64,000 bases of DNA from Amoebidium appalachense. Lineage: Eukaryota > Protista > Ichthyosporea. Under the pieces are notes generated by a model. It ran no database searches and was not told where the DNA came from. It saw only the letters and a program-made list of their open reading frames with translations. The stretch's first letter is position 1; each line of letters opens with the position of its first letter. The stretch is from contig CAVNZM010000008.1 in the NCBI GenBank assembly GCA_963693365.1, positions 1,984,001 through 2,048,000 of the forward strand. The letters run 5' to 3'. Positions 26,110 to 38,702 of this stretch are shown in pieces. The translations under genes were made by a program, and so were the position numbers.

Positions 26110-27017
26110 GGGGCATCTAGTGGCGAAAGAGGAGGTGTTGGTGATATGGTTGTTAAAGTGATGGTGGAAAGAAGAGGAGAGGAAAGGTATCTCAGTTCAG
26201 ACACGCGCGTGTGGGTGCTAAACGAGCATATATGAACATGACAGCACCAAGCACACACACACAGCAATGTGTATGTGATCCAATAAAGCAGATGTTCGTG
26301 CAGATGTAAATCGTGCCCAGACATGAGTCCCCGTTCTTTGCAGCACCCAAACCCATTTATGCTTTTGCAAAGTGTGTGTTTGTGTGAGTGTCGGTGCATT
26401 CCTACGTGACACGGACAGAGACGCAAGATGGGAAGAAAAGCACAGGCTCTGACAGGGAGAGCTGGGAAGGAAATGTGTGTTTGTGAAAGGTTGCCGGTAT
26501 TTGTGAGGGGGTGGTGGTGGTGGTGTTGGTGAGGTCCCCGGGAGGGGGAAGGGGTAAGAATGTGTTACACAGTACGACGTACACTTTAGCGAAGGACAAC
26601 ACCATGCAGAGCTTGCAAAAGACACAAAAAAGAGCACACACCCCGAGATTTGGGGGGGGGGGGGGGGGGGGGGGGGGGAGGAAACCTGTCTGGAGCCATC
26701 AGGAAGTAGGCAACCGGGTTGAAGACCAAAGCATGCGGCATGGCTGTACTTGGCTGTAACCCAGGGTTGGAAAATCAGGTGAGAAATTGGCAGATAGGTG
26801 TGTGCAGGGACCGGAGTTTGTGTGGAATAGAGGGAAGAATTGTGTGTGAGGAAGGGCTCATGTGCATGTGCATGTCATCCCTCCCCCCCCTTTCTCTCCG
26901 GCAAATGAGTGCGTGTGTGTATGTGTGTTGTATGTGTGGAATGCGCATATGTTTACGCATGTCCCTGCTTTATGCACACACCAAGCACCAAGCAAGTGCA
27001 CACACACACTTTGTGTG

Positions 27018-27091
<74 letters not shown>

Positions 27092-27384
27092 ACGCGCGCG
27101 CACGCATGTGCGTAGTTTGCTCTAGTTATTGTTGATCACTGTGTGTTTTACTTTTCGATGAACTAATTATCCAAATTGGGTTAACCTTACACAAAAAAAG
27201 TTTATGCGAATAGCCATCGAATAAGACACGAGATATAGACGGTGCAGAAGAGAACGGGAATAATAACAGATTGCCAAAAACCACAAGATAACGGTACATG
27301 GCACCAATGTGCACGTACCCTCACGCGGATACAAGTCCAAATAGAAGTAGCCGAGCAGCTGCCCTGATGCTGTGTCCTTCACAG

Positions 27385-27428
<44 letters not shown>

Positions 27429-28003
27429 CCGCGCGTGTGCATGATTCCAAACATGTGCGTCAGTGCCGGCCCCGTAGAAACCACCAAACACTGCCCGCCA
27501 CGCCACCTACCAGCCCTCGATTCACACCTTCACTACCTCACACTGCCACATAGGTTTTTTTTAAACCCTGCCTCCCCCCCCCCCCCCCCCCCTCCCCCCC
27601 CCCCCCCCTCGCCCCCCCCCCCCCCCCCCCCCCTCCCCCCCCCCTCCCCCCCCCCCCCCCCCCCCCCTCCAGCCTGCCCCTCCTTCCCTCTCCACCCTAT
27701 AGCCCCATCATCTCCCCCATCATGTTCGCCCCTGTGCTCGGGTCATCCCCACACAAACCATCTCTTTCTCCCCATCCTCTTCCACATGCATACCCCTCCG
27801 ATTTGTTGGTGGATTTTCAGATCCGAATATCTACCACCCTCGGCTGCACAAACACTAACGACCATTATACCCACCACTATAACATCTTTGATGTCGATTT
27901 TTGTAAACGGCAGAATCTAACATGCCCTGCGTGCCCAGCGGTGGTGGTGTATTTCTTTCATTCTTTCTTTTCATTCTTTCTTTCTTTCTTTCTTTCTTTT
28001 TGT

Positions 28004-28038
<35 letters not shown>

Positions 28039-28548
28039 GGCAATTACAGTAGAGTGTGACATCATCATGCCAGGTGTGAGGGTCGGCCACTTGCTCAAAA
28101 GTCAGTCCAAGGAGCACCTGTCAGCCAATCAAAACCATTAGTTTAATCGTTAAATCCAAGTCATATGGCTGGGTGACTGGTGATACGAAATCGAGTTGAG
28201 GGCCACCAATGAAGATTATCTTCGGAAGACTAATAAAAAATCCCAGGGACGATTCTATTCATGCCGAACGCGATTTTTGCGGTAAAAGCAGTTGATATGC
28301 ATTTTTTCCACATTCCATCAAGGAAGAAGGCGGGTTAGTATCAAACGAGAGCAAGTTGGGGGGGGGGGGGGGGGGGGTTAGAGTGCCTTACAGAGTTCGA
28401 AATGCTCATTCATGACGGACAGCACAAAGCAGATGCAAAACTCAACATAAAGAGTATGTATCATAAGCAAAAGCCCATCCTCAAAGGAGCCTAGGTTATC
28501 CACAGTACCCCGAGTTTCGGCCCCAGGGGATGGGAGTAGATGTGTGTT

Positions 28549-28595
<47 letters not shown>

Positions 28596-29102
28596 GGCGG
28601 CGGGGAGGGGGGGGGGTTAGACAGATCTATATAAGGGGGGGTGGTAAGCATTGAGGTAGAGACAAATACCTCACAAACAACAACAACCCCCCCCCCCCCT
28701 CCCCCCGCGAAAAAAAATCTCTTTTATGGTGGTGGTGGTGGGGGGGGGGGTTTTGAATGCGGAACACAGTACGAAGTACGCATACACGATGAGAAGCATG
28801 GTGCAGGACACATGCAAAGGCAAACATTCAAGTATGCAGCATCAGCCATGCGCACAGTATGCGCCATAAGCAGAGCCCATCCTCAGGGAGGGCCCAAGTC
28901 ATCAATTGCGTCTGAGTTTCGACCCCTTAGCCCGCGTATATACGACGCTCCAACTCAGACAGCAGCATCAACTGAACTTGGGTGGGTCAACCCGTCTTGA
29001 TCAAAGATGGTGGGGGGGGGGGGGGGTCATGCCTGGTAGATGTGGAGGAGGCCGTTAGTGACCACATCCATAGGGAAATACTCTTTGATGTGCTCGTGGT
29101 CA

Positions 29103-29160
<58 letters not shown>

Positions 29161-29229
29161 TGAGTGAGAGCGTGTGTGAATGTGGATGAGAAGAGGAAAG
29201 ATAGTGAGTCAAATAGGACGGGGGTGTCC

Positions 29230-29315
<86 letters not shown>

Positions 29316-30118
29316 ACGTGAGGGGCCGGATGGGAGGGACTGGGAGAATAGGGAGAGAAAAAGAGACACACGGAAACACACAGAGAGAGTCTGGGGGAGA
29401 GAGAGAGTTTGTATGTGTCTACTGTTGTGTGACAGACACACACAGAGACAGAGAAAGAGAGAGTGTGTGTATCTGTGTCTTTAAATACGTGCCCGTTTGC
29501 CCACGTACATCCACAAAAATGCTTGCCTGTGGGTGTGAACCCCTGCCACCATTGTCTCCCTCATTTGCAGAGCACAAAAAAACAGTAACACACAGGGTGC
29601 ATTGTCCATGAAACCAAGTAGACAAAGAGTGACTAATTGGGATAGTGCAGAAAACGGGGGGGAAGGGGGGAGGAATCGAGAGAAGGGGGGGGGGGGGGGG
29701 GGGGGGGGGGGGGGCGATTGCTGTACACATCGCGAAACAAAGATCCGCCAAGGCTACACAAGTCCATACATGTAAAAATAAACACACCAACAAGACCATG
29801 CAACAACGGGAGATGCCGTGGCGGGGGGGGGGGGGGGGGGGGGGGGGGGGGAAGGGGAGAACGGGGGACGGGGCCGGGGGCACGGGGGGGGAGGAGGGGG
29901 GAAGAGAGTTGTTACCTTGTACTTTTCTTCCTCCAGCTTTTCGACATAGTACATAGCATCCCATAGGTTGATCTGCCCATCAAATGGAATGCCCCGTGTT
30001 TCACACTGCAACAAGATCCCTTCAATCAGAACACAGTTAAAGTTGCCACTTTAGGTGTATTCTTATCCTCACATACCGATACTATCCATATTGATGGTAC
30101 AGTTGACGCTCCAGTTAG

Positions 30119-30160
<42 letters not shown>

Positions 30161-30624
30161 TGCCCGCCCACACCCCAAAGGTAGAAGCCTACAAGGGCGA
30201 TGATTTGCGTGCAAAAAACCACAAAGTCCAGGGAAGGGGTGACAAAGACAACATGGGAAGAGTAACAAAAGGACGGGAGGGGAAGAGATTGAGTGGGGAG
30301 GTGGTAATGTGAAGGGGAAGGGAGAGGGGCACAAGAGTGAGAGGAAGAGGAAGAGGAGGAGGAGGGGAGGGGAGGGGGGAAGTGGGGTTTAAGAGGATAA
30401 GGGGTCAGGACGGGGCAAGGAGTGGGAGGAGGAAGGAAGCGTGTAGGCGGCACGTGGATTTCTCTCTTTCTTCTTTTTCATTTTTCATTTTCTTTCATTT
30501 TCTTTTTTTTTTTTGGGGGGGGGGGGGGGGACGGAGGATTCACCTCCTTCTTTTTTAGTTCCAGGAACTCAGCCATGTCTCTTGCAGACAGGGGCTTCAC
30601 TTTCACCTTCATGTCGTCCAAGAA

Positions 30625-30710
<86 letters not shown>

Positions 30711-30952
30711 GTAAGTGTGTGTGTGCGCGCGCACGTCTGTGTAAGTATGAGCGAGAAAGGAAAGAAAGGATACTGGAACTTTAGGATGTAATTCTCAAGT
30801 CAAGATCCGTATCAAAACATATCAGTCTCATGATCATAGCTTGAAACAAGTTCAACCCCTCCCTTCCCTATCCCTTTAGCCGCCTTCCATCCACACACAT
30901 TCAAGCTTTCACTTTTCTATCTAGAAGGGGCATGGGTAGAAAATCAAAATAA

Positions 30953-30985
<33 letters not shown>

Positions 30986-31834
30986 CATATGCAATACAGT
31001 AGACGGTGAAAGAATACAAAGCCTTTCAACGAACAGCACGGGGCACGATGCCAAATTGTGTCTCTCCCCGGGGGGTCCCGCGGAAAGGGGGAAGGGTGGG
31101 AGGGGGGGGGGGGAGAAGGGCGAGTGGTCGGGGGGGGGGGGGGGGGGGGGGGGCTGGGGGATAAGAGGAGGAGAAGGGGGGGGGGGGGGGGGGGGGGAAG
31201 GGGGCAAAACACGTTTTGGATGGCCTCAGGGGTCTTTGCCATGCGGGCCTCAGCAATGAATGCAGCATGGGTCGGGTAGCCAAGCAACTGAGCAACGGTA
31301 TGTCTTATCTCCCCGAGCTCCTCTACAATGGCCGTGTTGGGCCCAATGCACCTGCAGGGGCAAAATGGGGTTTAACGGTGAATCTTTCGGTGTATTTGGC
31401 TATCATTTTCCGTGGAATTTGCCCCTAATGATATGGAAAATGTGTTGACTTTCCCAGCCTTAGCCCCCTCCACCCCTCGTCCACCTCTTTCCAGCTGGCT
31501 TTGGTATCTCGGCAGGTGCCATGTTTTTAATTGGTGGACTGTGTACTGCGAGAGGGCTCGCCTTACGTCTTGCACATATCCCTTCCAGCCCTCCCAGCTA
31601 ATTTTTCTGCACACCAAAGGAGCTGCCCCCCCCCCCCCCCCCCCCCCCCGCCCCCCATAATAATAATAATAATAATAATAAATAAAAATAGCTGCACGCA
31701 CGCACACACAGGCGCACACACATACCCCTCCCCCCCCCCCCCCCCAAAAAAAAAATAATATATATATATATATATATAAAATAAATAAACCGTACACACG
31801 CACGCACACGCCCCCCCCCCCCCCCCCCCCCCAA

Positions 31835-31866
<32 letters not shown>

Positions 31867-31894
31867 ACGCACACGCACACGCACACGCACACAC

Positions 31895-31958
<64 letters not shown>

Positions 31959-32376
31959 GCGCGCGCGCACACACACACACACACACCCATCACCTTGTGT
32001 TGTAGGCATACTCCATCTTTCGTCGGGTCTCAGGCACGGCACACTTCTTCATCAGAGGGATGTAGTGGGGGTACTTGAGCGTCAGCACATACTTGCCTGT
32101 CTCGGCCTGAACATGAAAGTGTGAGTAGTGGTCGTAAGGGTGGTATTGTGTTGGGTGGGGAAGGTGGGTCACTATACCCGGTGCTGTAAGTGTAGGAATG
32201 ATAAAGCGGTTTGCACACAATAAGAGAGGTACACAATCAATATCCATAGGGTTTGTTATACCACGTGAGCAGATGGTCACGGTTGAAGAGCAAAAAGAGA
32301 TAGGAAGGAACGGAGGCATAGAGACCTATTCAGTTAAACGTCCGTGTGTGTGGCATTAGGGAAGGGGGAAGCAGCC

Positions 32377-32410
<34 letters not shown>

Positions 32411-32879
32411 CGCTGGTGGAAAGTCCAATGGAACTCTAGCCGGGAAGAAAGAGGGAAATTATGATTAATGCAACAACTTATCTTCTTTCCTGGTTCAAAA
32501 TGCAACAAAATCGCGAGTAGCGTCGTAGAGGAAAGCCGTGGTGGGGTGATGGTTGTAGTTTGCATTTTCCAGGTCACTAATGTCTTTCATTTGTTTACTT
32601 TTTATCTTTTCTTCAATTTTTTTTCAGTAGAGTTTTTGTTATTAAACTGTATTATGATGTAGTTTGGTTGCTTCTATTCGTGTACAAAGGTGCTTCGGAA
32701 AAAAGTGGTATGCAGGAGTATAGGATGAGGCATAGGGAGCCGCATATACCAGCATCACCATCTACCTATACTACACTCTCGACACTGCCCCATGCGGCCT
32801 TTGTGCACCTAGGTTTTCTTTTTCTTTTTCTTTTTCGTTTCTTTTTTCTTTTTTCTTCTCTTTTTCTTTTTTTTTTTAT

Positions 32880-32913
<34 letters not shown>

Positions 32914-33359
32914 GTATACATCCGTGTCCAGACCAGCAATGAAGTCCTTCGGCATCCCATCAAGCTCCTCGGCAGTGAAAAGGAGTTTCGTATTTTCCTC
33001 GTTGACATTCTGTAAATATTCCAAAAAAATTTTTAATTGTTTATATATATAAGCATTGCAATAGAAACACAGAAGAGGCTTGGGTTAACAGAAAAAAAAA
33101 TAAATAAAGAATAAAAAGTAAAAGCATTCGAAAAAAATATATCAGCATTGTAACAGAAACACACAAGAGGCTTGGGTGAACCTCAAACAAAAAAAACCAA
33201 CACGGAGATCGGAAAAACCCGGGTTGCATATGCAAAAACGAAAGAACTAAGAGGTGTGAGACACTTGGAAACAGAGTAGCAGTTCAAAGGTACCATGTCG
33301 GTGCTCCGTAGATTATCTATTGCAACGTACACACAGCTCACATGTGTATATTGTGTATG

Positions 33360-33392
<33 letters not shown>

Positions 33393-33480
33393 GGGGGGGG
33401 GGGGGGGGTAGGCATTAGTAGGGTAGGGAACCAGAGCAGATTGGAACACGGAGCAGACACACGGCAAAAAAATGACGGGG

Positions 33481-33528
<48 letters not shown>

Positions 33529-33643
33529 GGTGGACACGGATACACACCTTGTCGAAATCGACAGTCAGGTTGTTCATTTTAACCTTCAACTCCTTGACCT
33601 GTGTGCAACCGGAGTTTTAGACAATCGCCACACATGCATGCAT

Positions 33644-33697
<54 letters not shown>

Positions 33698-33703
33698 GTA
33701 CAC

Positions 33704-33747
<44 letters not shown>

Positions 33748-35952
33748 ACACACACACGCACACACACGCACACACACACACACACACGTACACACACACG
33801 CACACACACACACGTACACACACACACGTACACACACACGCGCACACACACACACACATACGTACACCTGCACACACACAGGTGTAAGTGGGGCCCAGCC
33901 CCCATCCATTAGCCGTGATTGTGGATATACATATCTGCATGTATGTGTGCTAAGGGGGGGGGAAAGGTGGGGGGGGGGGGGGGGGGGGGGGGGGGGGATG
34001 GATGTGTGCATTGTAGAGTGGCAACCATGGAAGCAAATGCGTTGAAAAAACCACAAAGACAAAAAACAGAAGACAAAGTCGAAACGTACAGGATGGAACA
34101 CCTGTACAGAACAAATCATCACCGGGGAATGGGTGGTGGTGGTGTGTGTCTGTGTGTGTGTGTGTTGGGGGGGGGGGGGGGGGGGGGGGGGAGGGAGGAG
34201 GGGGGGGGGGGGGGGGGAGGGGGGCAAAACCAGAAAAAAAGAGGGGAAGGGGGGGAGGGGGGGGGGGGGGGGGGGGAAGGGGAGGGGGAGGGGGGCTGCA
34301 CACCTTCTCTCTTGTTTCCTTGTCCAGGTGCAGACCGCTTCTTCTAAAGTCCCTCAGAGTGCGCTCAATGAACCGTCCAGCCTCACCCTCCATTGGCCCA
34401 TGTGCCTCACTGGGATAGTTGTGTTTTAGCACTGTGTGTAGTAATGTGCTCATCTGATCTCAATCTCGCTTTTCGTGCTCCTTCTACTTTTTTTGCCCTT
34501 TTTGTTTCCCGTTATCATATCCCTCTTTCAGTCTTTTTGGGAGGTTTTTCACTTATGCCCTGCTTCCCCCCTTCCCCCTCTCCACCCCTGCCCTTCCTCT
34601 CTCCCCCATGCCCATCTCCCCCCCCCCCCCCCCCACCCAATGGCAAGTTCCACAGATATAAACATATCTAAATACAGTTCACCATTGGTGGATTCATCTA
34701 TCACACATGTCATATTGAAAGCACACATCTGTTTGAGTTGACTATCTTGCATACATTAAGGCATGCACCTGAATGCCTTGACTATCTTGCATACATTAAA
34801 GCACACACCTGAATGCCTTGACTATCTTGCATACATTAAAGCATGCACCTGAATGCCTTGACTATCTTGCATACATTAAAGCACACACCTGAATGCCTTG
34901 ACTATCTTGCATACATTAAAGCACGCACCTGAATGCCTTGACTATCTTGCATACATTAAAGCACGCACCTGAATGCCTTGACTGTCTTGCATACATTAAA
35001 GCACACACCTGAATGCCTTGACTTTCTTGCATACATTAAAGCACACACCTGAATGCCTTGACTATCTTGCATACATTAAAGCACACACCTGAATGCCTTG
35101 ACTATCTTGCATACATTAAAGCACGCACCTGAATGCCTTAACTATCTTGCATACATTAAAGCACGCACCTGAATGCCTTGACTATCTTGCATACATTAAA
35201 GCACGTACCTGAATGCCTTGATTATCTTGCATACATTAAGGCACACACCTGAATGCCTTGGCTATCTTGCATACATTAAAGCACGCACCTGAATGCCTTG
35301 ACCGGCTATCTTGCATACATTAGAGCACGCACCTGAATGCCTTGACTATCTTGTATATGTCCTCCCTTGCATCCCACTCGGCAGAGAATGCCGAAAGTGC
35401 CTTATCTGCCTCCATCGAGGCATCACGTACCCCCTACAAAAAAGAAATAAAGTAAGCAAGTAATCAAAAGAAGTCTAAGCAGCAAAGCATACCAATGAAA
35501 TACATAATCCGCCCCCTCCCCCCCTCCCCCCGGGCCAAAAGAAAAACTGATAGATGGAAAGAAAGAAAAAAAAGAAAGAAGACAAGAAAAGGGAGGAAAG
35601 AAAGATACATGGAAAGAAAGAAAAATCGAAAGAAGACAAGAAAAGGGAGGAAAAAGAAGGGGGAGGGGAGGGGGGAGGGGGGGAGTTAAAGGAAGAGAGA
35701 GAAGAAAAGAAAGAAAAAAGAAAAGAAGGAAGAGGGTGTGCTCGTGCTACTGCATCCCCCCTGCATCCCCCCCCCCCCCCCTCCCCCCCCAACCCACCCA
35801 CCCACACACACAAATGTTTACATTCTGACTGTTATTTCTTCCAGTTTAGTGGGGTCAACGAAAGAAGCATCGATACAAGATATCAGGACCCATTAGACAC
35901 TGTGAAAATTGAACGAGGGCAAAGTTTACAGTGCACATCCACATTGAGTCCT

Positions 35953-36033
<81 letters not shown>

Positions 36034-36529
36034 GTGAAAGTGGTGTGCATGTCGGTGCAGATAATTACATGTGTGTGCATGGGTGCGTTTTTGGTTTTCC
36101 ATTTTTTCATTTCTTTCTTTCTTTCTTTTTTCTTTTTTTTTGGGGGGGGGGGGGGAGGGAGGGGGGGGGGGGGGGGGGGGGGGATGGCACATACCTTGTC
36201 CGTGGACACAAATTGAGGAAACTCCAGCACATTGCTCTGTGTGTGGTAGAACACCTCCAGCTGAAAGAAGAGGGCACACAGTCAGAGACACACACAGACA
36301 CGTGGCAGCAGGGCCCACCTACCATAAACCTCTACCCTACATCCCAAACCCACTGATTTATCTGAACAGCCACATTGCCCTCGTGAATGTGCTCTCGTAC
36401 ATTCATTCCAGTTGCTCAAAAAACTGAATCTCAAATCCAACAACCGTTCAAAGCTTTTCATGGCTGCGCCGGGGGGAGGGGGGGGGGGGGATTTTTGGTG
36501 TGTATGTGTGAGGTGTGTGTGTGTGTGGT

Positions 36530-36565
<36 letters not shown>

Positions 36566-37277
36566 GGAAGAGGGGCTGAAATGCACGGTTTGCAATTATC
36601 GGAGCATCGTATTCTAGCATTGAGGAGAGATGCAGAGCAAACTATTAAAGCAGTCAATGTCGAGTGTTATACTACTCTGCCGTGTGCTTCTATGCATAAC
36701 ATGGAGATGTAATAGAGAAACCGAGAATGAGGTGAGGGTGGATTTGAAATTGGGGGGGCAGGGGGGGGGGGGGGGGGGAGGGGGAGGGAGGATGCGCACA
36801 ATAGCACATTTCAAGCTATGCAAAGAAACACGGTGTTGAGCATCGAGCAACATGCAGCAAACTATACAAAAAATAGTGTGGAGTACCAACAAAGCCCGTT
36901 CTCAGAAGGCCCCATATCATCAATAGACCCGAAGAAAAGGGAGCGAACAAGGGGAGAGAAGGGGGGAGTGAGGGGGAGGAGGGGGGGGGGGGAGGGAGGG
37001 GGGAGGGGAGGGGGGTTAAGCCGTATGGACGGACACCCACATCTGCCAAAGCCTTGATGGTGTTCTGTGGACACAAAAAAAAGCGTTAACAGTTGATAAG
37101 GGACATGTCTATGTCTCTGTGTGTATGGATATTGGGTGGCTCTTTCCCCCCGTTTTTCTTTGTATATGCATATCGGTGAGGTGTACATTCCCTCTTTTTT
37201 CACTGTTTTCTACTTCTCGGAATGTGTGTGCGTGCCTGGGCGCCTTGCCAAAAGGGTGGGTGGGGGGGGTGGGGGGA

Positions 37278-37308
<31 letters not shown>

Positions 37309-37426
37309 CGGGATGGGATTTCTGGCTATGGACAAGAGAGAAAGTTAGAGGACGCACACGGGGCAGACGAGTACGAGCACCGCGTTATGCTGTTTCGTGC
37401 GTTATGTGTTGAGTTTTTTTTTTTTT

Positions 37427-37485
<59 letters not shown>

Positions 37486-38140
37486 CTCCTTCATTGTGCA
37501 GAAAGTTAGGATTTGAGGGCTGTAAGGGACTCGGTAAACCATAAGGCAATGCACAAAATTTGCGCCAAAGCCTAGGTCTATGTAGGGGTCAAGTGTCGAG
37601 GGGTACCCGAGAAGCGGGCCTAGGTTATGCCCCCCCTCCCCCTCCCCCCTCCCCTCCGCCTTACCCTTCCCCCCCCCCCCCCTTCCCCCCTCCTTCTCTT
37701 CTGGGACACATTGAAACTAGGGTAGTTGGGAATTGGGAAAGGGGACGGGGGGGGGGGGGGGGGGAAAGGGGGGGGGGCTGAAAGGGAGGGGGCTCTCACA
37801 GTACCTCAAAAGTTATTTCGCTTTGGGGGCGAGCAGCAATGGCGTCCAAGGTAGCACGTGTGTTTGTGATAAGGGCCTCAGATTGCTCTTTGATCTGCTC
37901 GGGTGTCAGGTCCCACCTGTGCACGTTCAAGTACATAAAACATCAGCACTTGACGGTTGGAAGCTTGGTAACACTGAATAAGAAGACGTAACGAGCGGGT
38001 GCACAAACAAAAAAGCACACATACGCGCATGCACACACACACACACATACACACATACACAGACACACACACACACACACACACACACAACACACACGTA
38101 CAGGACACACAAACACACACACACACACACATACACACAT

Positions 38141-38189
<49 letters not shown>

Positions 38190-38538
38190 CGCACACACAC
38201 ACACACACACCTGCACGGAGAGTGGCGGAAGTGGGGACGAGGAGAGAGTTTGAGAGTTCGGAAAGAAAGACCTAAACATGTATTTACTGGCATGGACATT
38301 CATGCGTTACAACCGAAAGAAAGAGAGAAACAGCTTGCAAACAAACCTAAGGAAAAAAATGCACACGTTTCTGTCTGATTTTCCAACTGCACAGAAGAAA
38401 AAGAAGGGATCATCGCTGTATGGAGCAGCTAGAGGAGCCTAAACTAAGGAAGTGCTTGCTTGAGAGGGGGGAGGGAAGGGGGGGAGGGGGGGTGTTGGAC
38501 CTGAGCACAATGCCCGGGGTTTCTTTGTACTGCCTCAT
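19649..38538 (-). CDS. THOP1: Thimet oligopeptidase / neurolysin (peptidase M3A), 25 exons, 666 aa
   Basis: Exons: 38538-38501, 37916-37805, 37064-37041, 36260-36195, 35433-35333, 34409-34304, 33598-33548, 33009-32920, 32106-31994, 31351-31213, 30624-30544, 30005-29916, 29104-29033, 28117-28048, 27384-27319, 26753-26686, 25379-25304, 24705-24681, 23899-23836, 23019-22944, 22571-22507, 21771-21636, 21170-21103, 20589-20488, 19750-19649. Sum is 2001 nt, open to TAA. Motifs: [42 protein letters not shown] (HEXXH), [32 protein letters not shown]1 versus NLN cannot be distinguished. Confidence 0.95.
23097..23305. repeat. Intronic minisatellite of about 55-60 bp, 4 units
   Basis: AAAAACGAGCACACAAAAAGTATATGTATCACTGGGGGAGAGGGGCGGGGGG repeated, with variable homopolymer lengths. 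Confidence 0.9.
25473..25752 (-). mobile_element. Family A retroelement-like copy in a THOP1 intron
   Basis: Colinear high-identity match to 28751-29007, extending about 25 nt further 5'. That extension (GACGAGCAGGGTTGCTTATGCA) also matches 796-825. The 3' end abuts a G-rich tract. Confidence 0.8.
28377..28525 (-). mobile_element. Diverged family A copy
   Basis: Follows poly-G and contains CATAAAGAGTATG, CATAAGCA, AGCCCATCCTCA and ATCCACAGTACCCCGAGTTTCG, matching 646-718. Confidence 0.6.
28751..29007 (-). mobile_element. Retroelement-like 3'-end fragment (family A) with 15-bp G-tract TSD
   Basis: Near-identical to 25473-25752 and to the reverse complement of 17911-18101. Flanked by the direct repeat TGGTGGGGGGGGGGG at 28736-28750 and 29008-29022. 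The element strand ends ...CCGCATTCAAAA followed by poly(C). Confidence 0.8.
34738..35353. repeat. 40-bp tandem array, 15 units, made of a THOP1 exon end plus its 5' splice site
   Basis: Unit TTGACTATCTTGCATACATTAAAGCAC(A/G)CACCTGAATGCC. On the gene strand it reads CAAGATAGTCAAGGCATTCAG|GTG(C/T)GTGCTTTAATGTATG. Confidence 0.95.
36790..36930 (-). mobile_element. Highly diverged family A-like copy
   Basis: Follows a G tract; ACATGCAGCAAAC...AGCCCGTTCTCAGAAGGCCCCATATCATCAAT parallels the family core. Similar short relics at about 972-1075, 2256-2355, 3422-3510, 5990-6035 and 26553-26640. Confidence 0.45.
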
Positions 38539-38627
38539 GGTGATAAGTAGGTCTATAAGTTCACAGTGGTATGGCGGAAATGAAGTGTGTGTGAATGTGT
38601 GAAGCGGTTTGTTTGTTTTGTCTTTCG

Positions 38628-38702
38628 CACGGCCATCTAGAAACACCCGTGGTCTTTCGGTAACCAGGCAGATTACGTAATCAGGCTCACCGATGACGTC
38701 AT
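38628..38702. promoter_or_regulatory. Putative THOP1 promoter motif cluster
   Basis: 90-165 bp upstream of the ATG: CACGGCCATCTAGAAACACC, CCGTGGTCTT, TTACGTAA and TGACGTCA (CRE-like). Matching motifs (TGACGTC core for the last) occur at 8090-8230. Confidence 0.4.

Noticed and set aside
34738-35353. CRISPR-like array
   Set aside because: Units are contiguous with no unique spacers, the context is a eukaryotic intron, and there are no cas genes.
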